From assembly GCA_044224715.1 (NCBI GenBank), contig JBGAJV010000001.1:38186-102185 (forward strand): a stretch of 64,000 bases of DNA. Reading direction: 5' to 3'. The notes below the pieces were generated by a model. That model was given only the letters and a program-made list of their open reading frames with translations, was not told the origin of the DNA and did no database searches. Below are positions 38,201 to 47,072 of this stretch, piece after piece (within the stretch, counting starts at the first letter, position 1; every line of letters begins with the position of its first letter). The position numbers and the translations under genes are program-made. This DNA is from Anaerolineales bacterium (GTDB taxonomy: Bacteria > Chloroflexota > Anaerolineae > Anaerolineales > UBA6663).

Positions 38201-39399
38201 GGTTCTTCTCGGGTGGGCGGGGCGTCGCTTCGGGCGCCCACACCTTGTGGGCGCCCACAGCGGGACGTTCTCACTGCCGCCGCTACGCCTTCTTGCGCCG
38301 CGTCGGCCAGAGACGTGGCGGTGATCATCTTGGCGTCGGCCAGCAGTCGGCGGCCTTCGGCCTCGTTTGTGCCGACCAGGCGCACCACCATCGGTACCGT
38401 GATGCCGACCTCCTGCATGGCCTGGATGACGCCGCGCGCGACCTCGTCGCAGCGCGCGATGCCGCCGAAGATGTTGATCAGGATGGCCTTGAGCCTGGGC
38501 TCGGCCACGATGATGCGCAGCGCTGCCGTGACCTTGTCGGCCCCGGCGCCGCCGCCGATATCCAGGAAGTTGGCCGGCTCGCCGCCGAAGTGCTTGACGA
38601 TGTCCATCGTGCCCATCGCCAGCCCGGCGCCGTTGACCAGACACCCGATCTCGCCGTCGAGTTTGACGTACGACAACCCGTACTTGCGCGCCTCGGTCTC
38701 GGGCGGGCTCTCCTCGTCGAGATCGCGCATTTCGGCCAGGTCGCCGTGCCGGAACAGCGCGTTGTCGTCGAGATCGATCTTGCCGTCGAGCGCGATGAGG
38801 CGGTTGTCGCCGGTGATGACCAGCGGGTTGATCTCGGCCAGCGTCGCGTCGGTGTCGACGTAGGTCTGGTACAGCCCCAGCGCGATCGCGCTGAAGGCTT
38901 TCCAATGCTCACGCTCGAGGTTGATCGCCAGCGCGATATTGCGGACGTTGTAGTCGCGCAGGCCGATCAAAGGGTCGACGTATTCACGCACGATGGCGTC
39001 GGGATTGGTCCGCGCCACTTCTTCGATCTCGACACCGCCCTCGGACGAGCAGATGATCACCGGCCGGCGCGAGGCGCGGTCGTTGGTGATGCCGAGGTAG
39101 ATCTCCTTGCGGATGTCGGCCGCCTCGTCGACCAGCACCTTGCGCACCGGCAGACCCTTGATCGTCATCGACAGGATCTGGGCCGCCAGCGATTCGGCCT
39201 CCTCGGGGCTCTTGGCCAGCTTAATGCCGCCGGCCTTGCCGCGGCCACCGACCAGGACCTGGCTCTTGACCACCACGCGCCCGCCCAATTCCTGGGCGAC
39301 GGCCCGGGCCTCGGTCGCGGTACTGGCGACCTGCCCCTTGGGGATCGGCACGCCATGCCTGGCAAATAGCGCCTTCGATTGATACTCGTGAAGTTTCAA
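38197..39399 (-). CDS. sucC: Succinyl-CoA synthetase beta subunit, with about 27 extra C-terminal residues encoded by a palindromic repeat
   Basis: TTG 39399 is preceded by GGAGG (ggaggccgtcTTGAAACTTCACGAGTAT = [12 protein letters not shown]). The ATP-grasp blocks are present throughout. The TGA stop overlaps the sucD ATG (ATGA). Confidence 0.9.
38232..38256. repeat. Perfect palindrome GGGCGCCCACA-cct-TGTGGGCGCCC embedded in the 3' end of the sucC ORF
   Basis: Read directly. It translates as ...CGRPQGVGA... after the conserved SucC C-terminus ([13 protein letters not shown]). Confidence 0.85.
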
Positions 39400-39430
39400 G
39401 ACGGCCTCCGAACCGCAAGGCATCAGTTTT

Positions 39431-39455
39431 CAGGGCGACTGTGTGGGTCGCCCTG
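39431..39455. repeat. Hairpin CAGGGCGAC-tgtgtgg-GTCGCCCTG in the sucC leader (same GGGCGNC family)
   Basis: It lies between a minus-strand TATAAT (39474-39469) and the sucC SD/TTG start. Confidence 0.7.
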
Positions 39456-39573
39456 ATCGGATTTCGGGATTATACACCGCGAAAAACGGGAAACCCTCCT
39501 GGGTCGAGGCTTAGCGCGGCCCAGGGCGCCCCCCGCTTATCGCCCATGGTCCAGGCGGCTGAGCCGCCACGCC

Positions 39574-42500
39574 TCAGGGCAATGGCGCGTACGTGATCAC
39601 GCGATTGGCGCCCGGCTCGCTGACCAGCAGCGTGCCGTCCGGCCCGATGGCGATGCCGCTGAGCAGGGTCAGCAGGCTGTCGCCGGCCTCGCCGACCGTG
39701 TTGCGGTACACGCCATCCGGCCCGAACACGATGACCCGGAAACCCTCGGGATCGGTCACGTAGACCCGACCCTGGGCATCGACCGCCAGGAAGGGTTTGT
39801 TGTCCAAGCTCTGGCCGAACCAGCCGTTGACGTCGATCTTCTGGGTGAAGACATAGGAATCCGCGCCGCCCCCGTCGGCCGGTTGCGGCACGAACTTCTG
39901 AACGCGCTGGTTCCAGGTGTCGGCCACGTACACGGCGCCATCCGCACCCACCGCCACGCCGACGGGCTCGTCGAGTTGGCCGTCGTCAAAACCGTAGCTC
40001 CCGATCGACGTGATGCCCTGGCCCCGCTCGTCGAAGACGAGGATGCGCTTGTTACCCGTGTCCGCGACGAAGACATGGCCATCCGGGCCGACTGCAATAC
40101 CGCGCGGCCCCCACATCTCGTCGAGCAGCCCGCTTTGCCCGAACTTGCCCCAGGCAAGCAGGAAGTTGCCGTTCGCATCGAACTTCTGAACACGGTGGTT
40201 CCAGGTGTCGGTGACGTAGACGCTCCCGTCCGCCCCAACCGCGACGCCCCACGGTTCGACGAATGACCCCGGCGTCGGGTCCGCGAGCGGCTGGCCGGTG
40301 GCCGGGTCGATCGGCGACGCCGTGCCGAACACGCCAAGCAGATCGCCCTTGGCGCCGAAGTGCTGGATGCGGTTGTTGCGCGAGTCGGCCACGTAGTAGC
40401 TGCCATCGGGCGCGAACGCCACGCCGCGCGGCGCGTTGAACTGGCCGCCATCGGCCCCGGCCGTGCCGACAGCCGTCACCGGCGCGACGGCGAGCTTGCC
40501 GGCCGCGTACGGATCGACCGCCGTCGGGGCCTGCCCCGAAGCGCCCACGCCGTACGACCAGATCTGCGCGGCGATGTCCTTCCGCACATACAGCCGCATG
40601 CGATCGGCCGGGTTCCACTGGGCCAGATCGAACGTCTGGCCGGTGAGCTCGCCGTACTTGGTGTAGTCCCGGTCCCACCAAATGTCCCACAGCGCCTGAC
40701 GCTTGTCGGCATCGATGAGGTTGTTCCACACGCGCTGCTCGATCGGCGTTTCGTTGATGAAGTAATCCTGGTTCGGCCAGACCATACGGATGTATTCGAA
40801 CTGGTAGTAATCGTTCCGCACGAGCGGCTCGACCTTGGTCCAGTCGCTGGCGCCCGCGATGATGACCGGCACGTCGCGCAACTGCTCGCGCGTCGGTTCG
40901 CTGCCATAGAACACCTGATTGGTGTAATCGCGCAGGTACCAGGTCATCGGCCACGAGACGTCGGCGTCGTACGCGACCTTGAGGCCTTTGCCGTCGGCCG
41001 TGCGTTCGGCGATCTCATCGATCTGCCCCAGCACGGTCTTGACGCCGCGAGCGCCGTGGGCATAGACCATGTACTCGTTGGCCAGGTCGTAATTGATGTA
41101 GGCCGCCACGAACGCGGTGCGCGCGGTCAGGATCGCCAGCACCGCAAAGGCGGTCAAACCGCCCAGCCGCGCCACGTTCACCCAACCGAGCGGCTGCCCA
41201 AGCGTGTACAACGCAACGCCGCCGATGGCGGCCACGATCACGGTCGAGACGAACGCCGTGGTCGTCTGCACCTGGGTCATCTCCATGCCCGCAAACGGCC
41301 GGTTGGACCCAAGCAACATCCCGAGCGCCGAGACCGCGGCCAGCAGCGTCGCCGGCAGGATCAGGGCCACCAACCAGGCGCGCTGCGCCTTAAAGTGCGC
41401 CCAGTCGACGCCCTCGATCAGGCGTCCGACCACCCAACCCGTCAACAGGATCATGGGCAGGCAGATGTGCGTGGTCAACCACGGCATCTTCTCGCCCGCG
41501 ATACTGAAGCCGATGAAGGCCATCACCGCCCACCAGCCGATGTACAGCAGTGCCGGAAAGTCGCGGCGCGCCGGCGCGTTCACGTTCGGCTCGAGCCGGG
41601 CTTCGGCGGCCGGGTCCACGGCCTCGAACGGGATGTCGTCCTCGGGTCCGACGTACGGGCCCTGGTGCGCCGGCACAGGCCGGTCCGCCACGGCCTCGAT
41701 CGGCCCGATCGGTTCGATCCCGGCGACCGGCGCTGACGCCGCCGTGCCCCAATCGGTCAGGCGCAGCAGCGGTTCGAAACCGCGCGTGATCAGACGTTGA
41801 ATGCCGATGCCGGCCGCGATCAAGGCCCCGATGCCCGGCAGATACTCGTACATCGGGATGTTGATCAACAGGTAGTAATACCAGGGCTGTCCACCGCGAC
41901 GGACGCCGTGCTGCTCCATCCAGTAGCCGAGCGAGCCCACCAGACCCGTGGCGATGCCGGCGCCGTTGGTGAAGAAAGTCGTGTAGAGCGGGATATAGAT
42001 CCCGTAGAAGATCGCGGCGCACACCAGGAACTTGTTCCAGTCCCAGATATAGCCGAGCACGACCGAGGCCACGATCAGGAACAACGTGACCACTGTGGTC
42101 ACGCCGAAGTTCGAGGTCAGGAACGTGGGCAGGTATTCGAACACGCCGAGCCCCGTCAGGACCGGCGGCGTGTAGTCGGTCGCCTTGTACCCGAGCATCA
42201 TCACGGGCAGTGCCGCGGCCTGGGGCAGCACGAAGACGCCGAGGGCCATGATCAGGTCGAGCGACGCGAAGTTGCGCACCCGACGCCCGAAAGCGCGCAT
42301 CACCACGCCGAGCGTGACCACGCCGGCGATCAGCGCCACCAGGAACGCGATATCGGCCGCGATCGTGTACAAACTCGCGGCCGGCGCGGCCGGTTCGTCG
42401 GGGTTGGCCGCCTGTGGCGCGAACGCCGTGCCCGACAACCCGAGACGGTCGTTGAGCAGGAACAACGCCACCCCGACCAGCGCGGCGCCGACCATGATCG

Positions 42501-43197
42501 ACCCGGTCGTCCAGAACGTCGACTTGAGCTCCGGCCGCGGCCAGGCGTTCACCACGAGTTCGGCCAGGAAGTACACGCCCAGGAAGACCAGCGCGATCGC
42601 GACATAGATGAACGACGACTCCATCGTCGCGTAGAACAGGGCCATGACGGCGGTCAAGCCATAGATGAAGCGCGACTGCCGCGTCTCCATGTAGCGGAAG
42701 ACGCACAGCGCGAGCAGCAGCCCCCAGACCATCACGTAGGGTTCGTCGCGGATATAGCGGGCGTAGTACAGCTGGTACGGCGAGATCAACAGGAACAGGG
42801 CAGCGGCCAGCGCTCCGGCGCGCCCAAGCCACCGCCGGAAATACCACATCAACCCGATCGCGATCACGCCCATCAGCGCGGCCGAGATGCGCGCCGTGAA
42901 GTCGCTGTCGCCGAACATCCAGTAGAGGAAGGCCGTCACCTCGAACTTGAGCGGCCCGTGCATCATCGGCGTGTGCGAGAACCCTTTGCCTTCGAAGAGA
43001 TACCACGCGAACTGCGTGTGCAGACTCTCGTCGTGGCTCATGACACGCTCGCCCAGGTTGTAGAAGCGGGTCACAAAGCCCAGGATGATCAGGCCGATGT
43101 ACGCCAGCTTCTCGAGATCCAGGCTGAAGACCGTGGCGACCGGGCGGTCGAGCCACGACCTGGAAACGTGTTCATTCGGTAGGGTTGCAGTCGCCAT
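39574..43197 (-). CDS. Polytopic GT-C-fold glycosyltransferase-like protein (PMT_2/ArnT-like, TIGR03663-like N-terminus) fused to a C-terminal NHL-repeat beta-propeller
   Basis: N-terminus FVTRFYNLGERVMSHDESLHTQFAWYLFEGKGFSHTPMMHGPLKFE plus more than 12 hydrophobic segments. The C-terminal repeats are YVADSRNNRIQHF, YVTDTWNHRVQKF, FVADTGNKRILVF, YVADTWNQRVQKF and YVTDPEGFRVIVF. Confidence 0.85.
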   Translation of the reverse strand: MATATLPNEHVSRSWLDRPVATVFSLDLEKLAYIGLIILGFVTRFYNLGERVMSHDESLHTQFAWYLFEGKGFSHTPMMHGPLKFEVTAFLYWMFGDSDFTARISAALMGVIAIGLMWYFRRWLGRAGALAAALFLLISPYQLYYARYIRDEPYVMVWGLLLALCVFRYMETRQSRFIYGLTAVMALFYATMESSFIYVAIALVFLGVYFLAELVVNAWPRPELKSTFWTTGSIMVGAALVGVALFLLNDRLGLSGTAFAPQAANPDEPAAPAASLYTIAADIAFLVALIAGVVTLGVVMRAFGRRVRNFASLDLIMALGVFVLPQAAALPVMMLGYKATDYTPPVLTGLGVFEYLPTFLTSNFGVTTVVTLFLIVASVVLGYIWDWNKFLVCAAIFYGIYIPLYTTFFTNGAGIATGLVGSLGYWMEQHGVRRGGQPWYYYLLINIPMYEYLPGIGALIAAGIGIQRLITRGFEPLLRLTDWGTAASAPVAGIEPIGPIEAVADRPVPAHQGPYVGPEDDIPFEAVDPAAEARLEPNVNAPARRDFPALLYIGWWAVMAFIGFSIAGEKMPWLTTHICLPMILLTGWVVGRLIEGVDWAHFKAQRAWLVALILPATLLAAVSALGMLLGSNRPFAGMEMTQVQTTTAFVSTVIVAAIGGVALYTLGQPLGWVNVARLGGLTAFAVLAILTARTAFVAAYINYDLANEYMVYAHGARGVKTVLGQIDEIAERTADGKGLKVAYDADVSWPMTWYLRDYTNQVFYGSEPTREQLRDVPVIIAGASDWTKVEPLVRNDYYQFEYIRMVWPNQDYFINETPIEQRVWNNLIDADKRQALWDIWWDRDYTKYGELTGQTFDLAQWNPADRMRLYVRKDIAAQIWSYGVGASGQAPTAVDPYAAGKLAVAPVTAVGTAGADGGQFNAPRGVAFAPDGSYYVADSRNNRIQHFGAKGDLLGVFGTASPIDPATGQPLADPTPGSFVEPWGVAVGADGSVYVTDTWNHRVQKFDANGNFLLAWGKFGQSGLLDEMWGPRGIAVGPDGHVFVADTGNKRILVFDERGQGITSIGSYGFDDGQLDEPVGVAVGADGAVYVADTWNQRVQKFVPQPADGGGADSYVFTQKIDVNGWFGQSLDNKPFLAVDAQGRVYVTDPEGFRVIVFGPDGVYRNTVGEAGDSLLTLLSGIAIGPDGTLLVSEPGANRVITYAPLP

Positions 43198-43224
43198 GCG
43201 TTCCTTCTCTCGAATCCCGTCGCG

Positions 43225-44181
43225 TCACGGTTTCTTCTTCGACTTCATCCGCAGCCGCTGCGGCGGTCGCTTCGGCGCGGGTCGACGCCCATCGCTCGGA
43301 GCCTTGGCTGCCGGCCGACCAGCGCCCGGCTTGCGCGAGGTCGACGATCCGGGCCGGGTCGGGCGGTGCGTCTTGGCCGGAGATTTAGCCGCCGTCTTCG
43401 CCGGCGCCTTGGCCGACGTCTTGGCGCGCTCGGGGGCAGCCTTGCCACGCGGCGTCGGTCGCCCGCGCAGCGAGCGCACTTCGCGTTCGTCGAGCGAGCG
43501 CCATTCACCCGTGCGCAACTCGCCGAGCTCGAGCGTCCCGATCCGCACGCGGATCAGACGGAGCACCGGCAAGCCCAGCGACGTGCCGATCTCGCGGATC
43601 TCGTGCTTGCGGCCTTCCTGCATCACCACGCGCAGCCAGGTCGTCGGGCCGGGCGCATCCTCGCGCCAGACCTTCGCCGGTCGCGTGCGCCGACGCTCGT
43701 TGGTCTCGCGATCGGTCAACACCACGCCACGGCGCCAGGCATCGAGTTGATCCTCATCCGGGTGGCCCTTGACCAGCACCCGGTACTCCTTCTCGACGTT
43801 GTGACTCGGATGCGTCAACCGGTTGGCGAGGTCGCCGTCGTTGGTCAGCAGCGTCAGGCCCTCGCTGTCGAGGTCTAGGCGCCCGACCGGGTACAGCCGG
43901 ACCGTGCTTGGCACCAGGTCGAGCACGGTCTCGCGCGGACCTTGCGGGTCTCGCGAGGACACGACCCCGGCCGGTTTATGCAACGCGATGTACGTCAGTT
44001 GTTCTGCGGCCGAGAGACGCTCGCCGTCGATCATGATTTGGTCCACGGCGGGGTCGGCCTTCTGGCCGAGCTCCGCGGGACGTCCATTGACCGCTACGCG
44101 GCCCTGCAAGATCAATGCCTCGCACGCGCGGCGCGAGCCATAGCCGGCCTGAGCCAGCAGCTTTTGAAGTCGTTCAGACAT
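43225..44181 (-). CDS. rluB: Pseudouridine synthase, RsuA/RluB family, with Lys/Ala/Pro-rich basic C-terminal tail
   Basis: S4 domain MSERLQKLLAQAGYGSRRACEALILQGRVAVNG. Catalytic motif VGRLDLDSEGLTLLTNDG. Confidence 0.85.
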   Translation of the reverse strand: MSERLQKLLAQAGYGSRRACEALILQGRVAVNGRPAELGQKADPAVDQIMIDGERLSAAEQLTYIALHKPAGVVSSRDPQGPRETVLDLVPSTVRLYPVGRLDLDSEGLTLLTNDGDLANRLTHPSHNVEKEYRVLVKGHPDEDQLDAWRRGVVLTDRETNERRRTRPAKVWREDAPGPTTWLRVVMQEGRKHEIREIGTSLGLPVLRLIRVRIGTLELGELRTGEWRSLDEREVRSLRGRPTPRGKAAPERAKTSAKAPAKTAAKSPAKTHRPTRPGSSTSRKPGAGRPAAKAPSDGRRPAPKRPPQRLRMKSKKKP

Positions 44182-44197
44182 GGTCGGGTCCGCCTTT

Positions 44198-44551
44198 TCA
44201 GCGCACGGGCTGCGCCACGGGCGCGGGTGTGAAAGCGGCCGCTGGACCTGCCGAGGCGCGGACCGCTTGGGTTTCGTTGGGGGTCATCGACACCTGAGCC
44301 ACGCTTGGGGCCGGCACAACCGCGGCGGCAGCCGTCGGCGTAAGGCCGAGGACGACGCCCATCAACGTCGTGCTCAGGAAAATGGTGATGCAAAGCGCGA
44401 TGCTGGTCAGCAAGGGCCAGAGCGGCGTCGCCCGACGCCGTGTCGGCGCATTCACGCGCGTCCACACCTCCGACCACGGCTCGGTCGAGGCGGAGACGGC
44501 ATCCAAAGCCGACGTCATCGCTTGCAGCTGGTTCTCGACGGTCGGGGTCAT
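44198..44551 (-). CDS. Putative single-pass anti-sigma factor (117 aa)
   Basis: ATG 44551 overlaps the sigma-factor stop (ATGA). One TM segment (LWPLLTSIALCITIFLSTTLMGVVLGL). The call rests on position only; no family motif was recognised. Confidence 0.5.
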   Translation of the reverse strand: MTPTVENQLQAMTSALDAVSASTEPWSEVWTRVNAPTRRRATPLWPLLTSIALCITIFLSTTLMGVVLGLTPTAAAAVVPAPSVAQVSMTPNETQAVRASAGPAAAFTPAPVAQPVR

Positions 44552-45129
44552 CCGGCCACCTCCAGCACAGACCACTCGAGCTCGTCGCCCAGGCTGTGCA
44601 GCGAGCGCCGCAATCGTTCGACGCCGAGGCGCACGCGCGATTGAGCCGTCTTCTCGTTGCACCCGGCCACCTCGCCGATCTCGCGGAAGCGCAAGCCGCC
44701 GAGGTAGCGCAACGCGACCGCCTCGCGCAGATCCGGCGGCAAGGCCTGCAGCGCCGTCCAAAGCTGACGCCGAATGCCGCGCGCCTCGAGCGCCTGCTCG
44801 ACCTCCCGCGAGGTCGCAGCCTGGCTGAGCGCCGCGGCCGATAACGGCATCAGATCGAAGAAACGCCGCCGGCGCTTGTTCCGGCAGCGTCCAACCGCGA
44901 TCATGAACAGCCAGGTGCGGAACGCGGCGCGGGTTGGATCGTAGCGGGCGATGTTGCGTAGGGCGTAAACGAACGAGTCTTGCGCGACCTCCTCCGCGTC
45001 GCCGACGTCGCCGAGCAACGCGAGACAAAGCCGCATCACGGCCGGATACTGGCCGGCATACAGCTCGGCGCTGGCAGATTCCTGTCCGGCGCGAACACGA
45101 GCGAGGAGATCAAGGTCCATATCAGACAT
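44548..45129 (-). CDS. ECF (group 4) sigma-70 factor
   Basis: Region 2 is DAEEVAQDSFVYALRNIARYDPTRAAFRTWLFMIAV. Region 4 is LPPDLREAVALRYLGGLRFREIGEVAGCNEKTAQSRV. I prefer ATG 45129 because the GTG at 45159 falls inside the putative promoter spacer. Confidence 0.85.
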   Translation of the reverse strand: MSDMDLDLLARVRAGQESASAELYAGQYPAVMRLCLALLGDVGDAEEVAQDSFVYALRNIARYDPTRAAFRTWLFMIAVGRCRNKRRRRFFDLMPLSAAALSQAATSREVEQALEARGIRRQLWTALQALPPDLREAVALRYLGGLRFREIGEVAGCNEKTAQSRVRLGVERLRRSLHSLGDELEWSVLEVAG

Positions 45130-45140
45130 ATATACACACG

Positions 45141-45167
45141 CAGACGTCAAATGGCTCACGGAAGTTC
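45141..45167 (-). promoter_or_regulatory. Candidate ECF-type autoregulatory promoter (GAACTT - N15 - CGTCTG on minus strand)
   Basis: Minus strand reads tctGAACTTccgtgagccatttgaCGTCTGcgtgtgtatatATG. The AAC...CGT spacing of 17 nt resembles known ECF promoters. Confidence 0.45.
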
Positions 45168-45211
45168 AGAAATTTATCGTCAACTCATGATCCCTGTCTT
45201 TCTGGGCGCGA

Positions 45212-46390
45212 TCAGCCCTTGAGGATCTCGCTCGCGAAGCTGCGGCGGACGTCGTCGAGGTTCAGCTCGGGCAATTCAGCCAGGTTGGACAGGCCGAAGT
45301 GCTGCAGGAACTCGGGCGTCGTGATGTAGAGGACCGGTCGCCCGGGTCCTTCGGCGATGCCGGCTTCCTCCACCAGGCCCTTGGTGAGCAGGTTCTTGAT
45401 CACGCTGTCGGAGTTCACGCCGCGGACCTGTTCGATCTGCGGCCGGGTGATGGGCTGCCGGTAAGCGATGATCGCCAGGGTCTCGAGCGCGGCCTTCGAC
45501 AACGGCGCGGTGGCCGACAACCCCAGGAACCGCTGGATGATCGGCGCCGCCGTGGCCGAGGTCGTCAACTGCACCCGATCTTTGATCCGTTGGATGGCGA
45601 TACCGCGACCAAGATAACGCTCGTCGAGCACGGCCAACGCGGCTTCGACCTCGCCTACCTTGACCTCGAGCGCTTCGGCCAGTTTGGCCACCGGCGCCGG
45701 GCCGTCGGCCACGAACAACAAGCTCTCGATCTGGGCGTCGAGGCCGAGCGGCGACGGCGGCCGCCCGACCGGCAGCGGCTGCGTGGGATCGGGCTCGGCA
45801 GGCACGTCGGCCTCGACCCCGGTTTCACCCGACACTTCGAGCGCCAGGGCCGCTTCGGATATCTCTTCGATCGGCGCCTCGCCGTCGGTGGAGCCCTCAG
45901 CAACGCCCTCGACTGGCGACTCGGCGTCCACGGACGCCTCACCTTCGTCTTCGATAGATGCCTCGGGGTTCGTGGACAGGGCTTGCAGCGTCACGTCCGG
46001 TTCGATCACCGTCGGTTCGGTCTCGAGCGAGTTCTCGCCTGCCAGATCCGACGACGCAACCGCCTCGCCCACGGCCGCGTCCGGTTCCACGCCTTGCGTC
46101 ATCGGCTCCGATGAGATCTCGGCCTCAACCGATGGTTCTTCGGCCACGGCCGGCATTTCTTCGTCGCTCTGGACCGCCGACGCCGCGTCAATCGTGGGCG
46201 CAACCACGTCCTGAAGAGCTTCGCCGTCAGGGGCCGGCTCGGTGGCCGGCTCATCCGCTGGTTCGCCTGCCAATGGGCCGCCGGTCAGGCCGGTCAGCGG
46301 GCTGTAATGCGCGCTGGGCTCGGTCGAATCGGCCGATTCCTGCCCATTCAGGTGTGAATTTGGTACAAAACCGTTGACATTATCGAACAT
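45212..46390 (-). CDS. scpB: Segregation and condensation protein B with a ~200-aa acidic low-complexity N-terminal extension
   Basis: The C-terminal ~185 aa (ESLLFVADGP...LSKAALETLAIIAYRQPITRPQIEQVRGVNSDSVIKNLLTKGLVEE...GRPVLYITTPEFLQHFGL) is canonical ScpB. GAGG SD precedes ATG 46390. Confidence 0.8.
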   Translation of the reverse strand: MFDNVNGFVPNSHLNGQESADSTEPSAHYSPLTGLTGGPLAGEPADEPATEPAPDGEALQDVVAPTIDAASAVQSDEEMPAVAEEPSVEAEISSEPMTQGVEPDAAVGEAVASSDLAGENSLETEPTVIEPDVTLQALSTNPEASIEDEGEASVDAESPVEGVAEGSTDGEAPIEEISEAALALEVSGETGVEADVPAEPDPTQPLPVGRPPSPLGLDAQIESLLFVADGPAPVAKLAEALEVKVGEVEAALAVLDERYLGRGIAIQRIKDRVQLTTSATAAPIIQRFLGLSATAPLSKAALETLAIIAYRQPITRPQIEQVRGVNSDSVIKNLLTKGLVEEAGIAEGPGRPVLYITTPEFLQHFGLSNLAELPELNLDDVRRSFASEILKG

Positions 46391-46449
46391 GGACGACCTC
46401 GTGAAGGGGTGCAGTATATCCCACGTCCGCCGGTGGGCAAATGTGACCG

Positions 46450-46458
46450 TGCTATGAT
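46450..46458 (+). promoter_or_regulatory. Extended -10 (TGcTATGAT) 6 nt upstream of ATG 46465 (leaderless geometry)
   Basis: ccgTGcTATGATtttcggATG, with no SD. Confidence 0.45.
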
Positions 46459-46464
46459 TTTCGG

Positions 46465-47028
46465 ATGCTGAGACGAACCTACCTCTACCCGATTCTGGCC
46501 TGTCTGGCCGCCACGGTGGCCTGTGGGCTGCCGGGTTTCGCGGCGCCCACGCCTCCGGCGTCGCCGATCCCGGTGTCCGCCACGTCGGCCTATGAAGTGA
46601 ACGATCTGCTGCAGGCCGCCGCCACGGCCGCGGCGACCGGTTCCGTGACGCTCACGTTCACGGAGCAGCAACTGACATCGGCGGTGGCGTTGTATCTGCA
46701 GGACAACCCGACCGATCCGCAGATCACGGAGCCGCAGGTGTTCCTGCGCGATGGCAAGATCCAGCTCTACGGCAAGGCCGACGTCCAGGGCTTCACGGTC
46801 GACGCCACCTTTGTGATCAAACCGATCGTGTCAACCGATGGTCAGCTGACCTTCACCGCCGAAAGCGGATCCTTTGGGCCGCTCGCCGTGCCCGATGACG
46901 TGCTGGCTCGCGTCAGCGCCGTGCTCAATGAATGGGCGACCGGCTCCATCGCGCCGGCGATGACCGGCGTGCGTCTGACCGACGTCTCGGTCTCCGATGG
47001 CGTCCTGACCGTGACGGGTTCGAAGTAA
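46465..47028 (+). CDS. Lipoprotein of unknown function (possibly LmeA/DUF2993-like)
   Basis: Lipobox LAATVAC. Beta-rich repeat pattern (VFLRDGKIQLYGKADVQGFTVDATFVIKPIV..DGQLTFTAESGSFGPLAVPDDV). The family assignment is tentative. Confidence 0.6.
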   Translation: MLRRTYLYPILACLAATVACGLPGFAAPTPPASPIPVSATSAYEVNDLLQAAATAAATGSVTLTFTEQQLTSAVALYLQDNPTDPQITEPQVFLRDGKIQLYGKADVQGFTVDATFVIKPIVSTDGQLTFTAESGSFGPLAVPDDVLARVSAVLNEWATGSIAPAMTGVRLTDVSVSDGVLTVTGSK

Positions 47029-47072
47029 AGGCCCGCGATCGGCCGAAGGGTGACGGGGGAATCGGTGTATCG

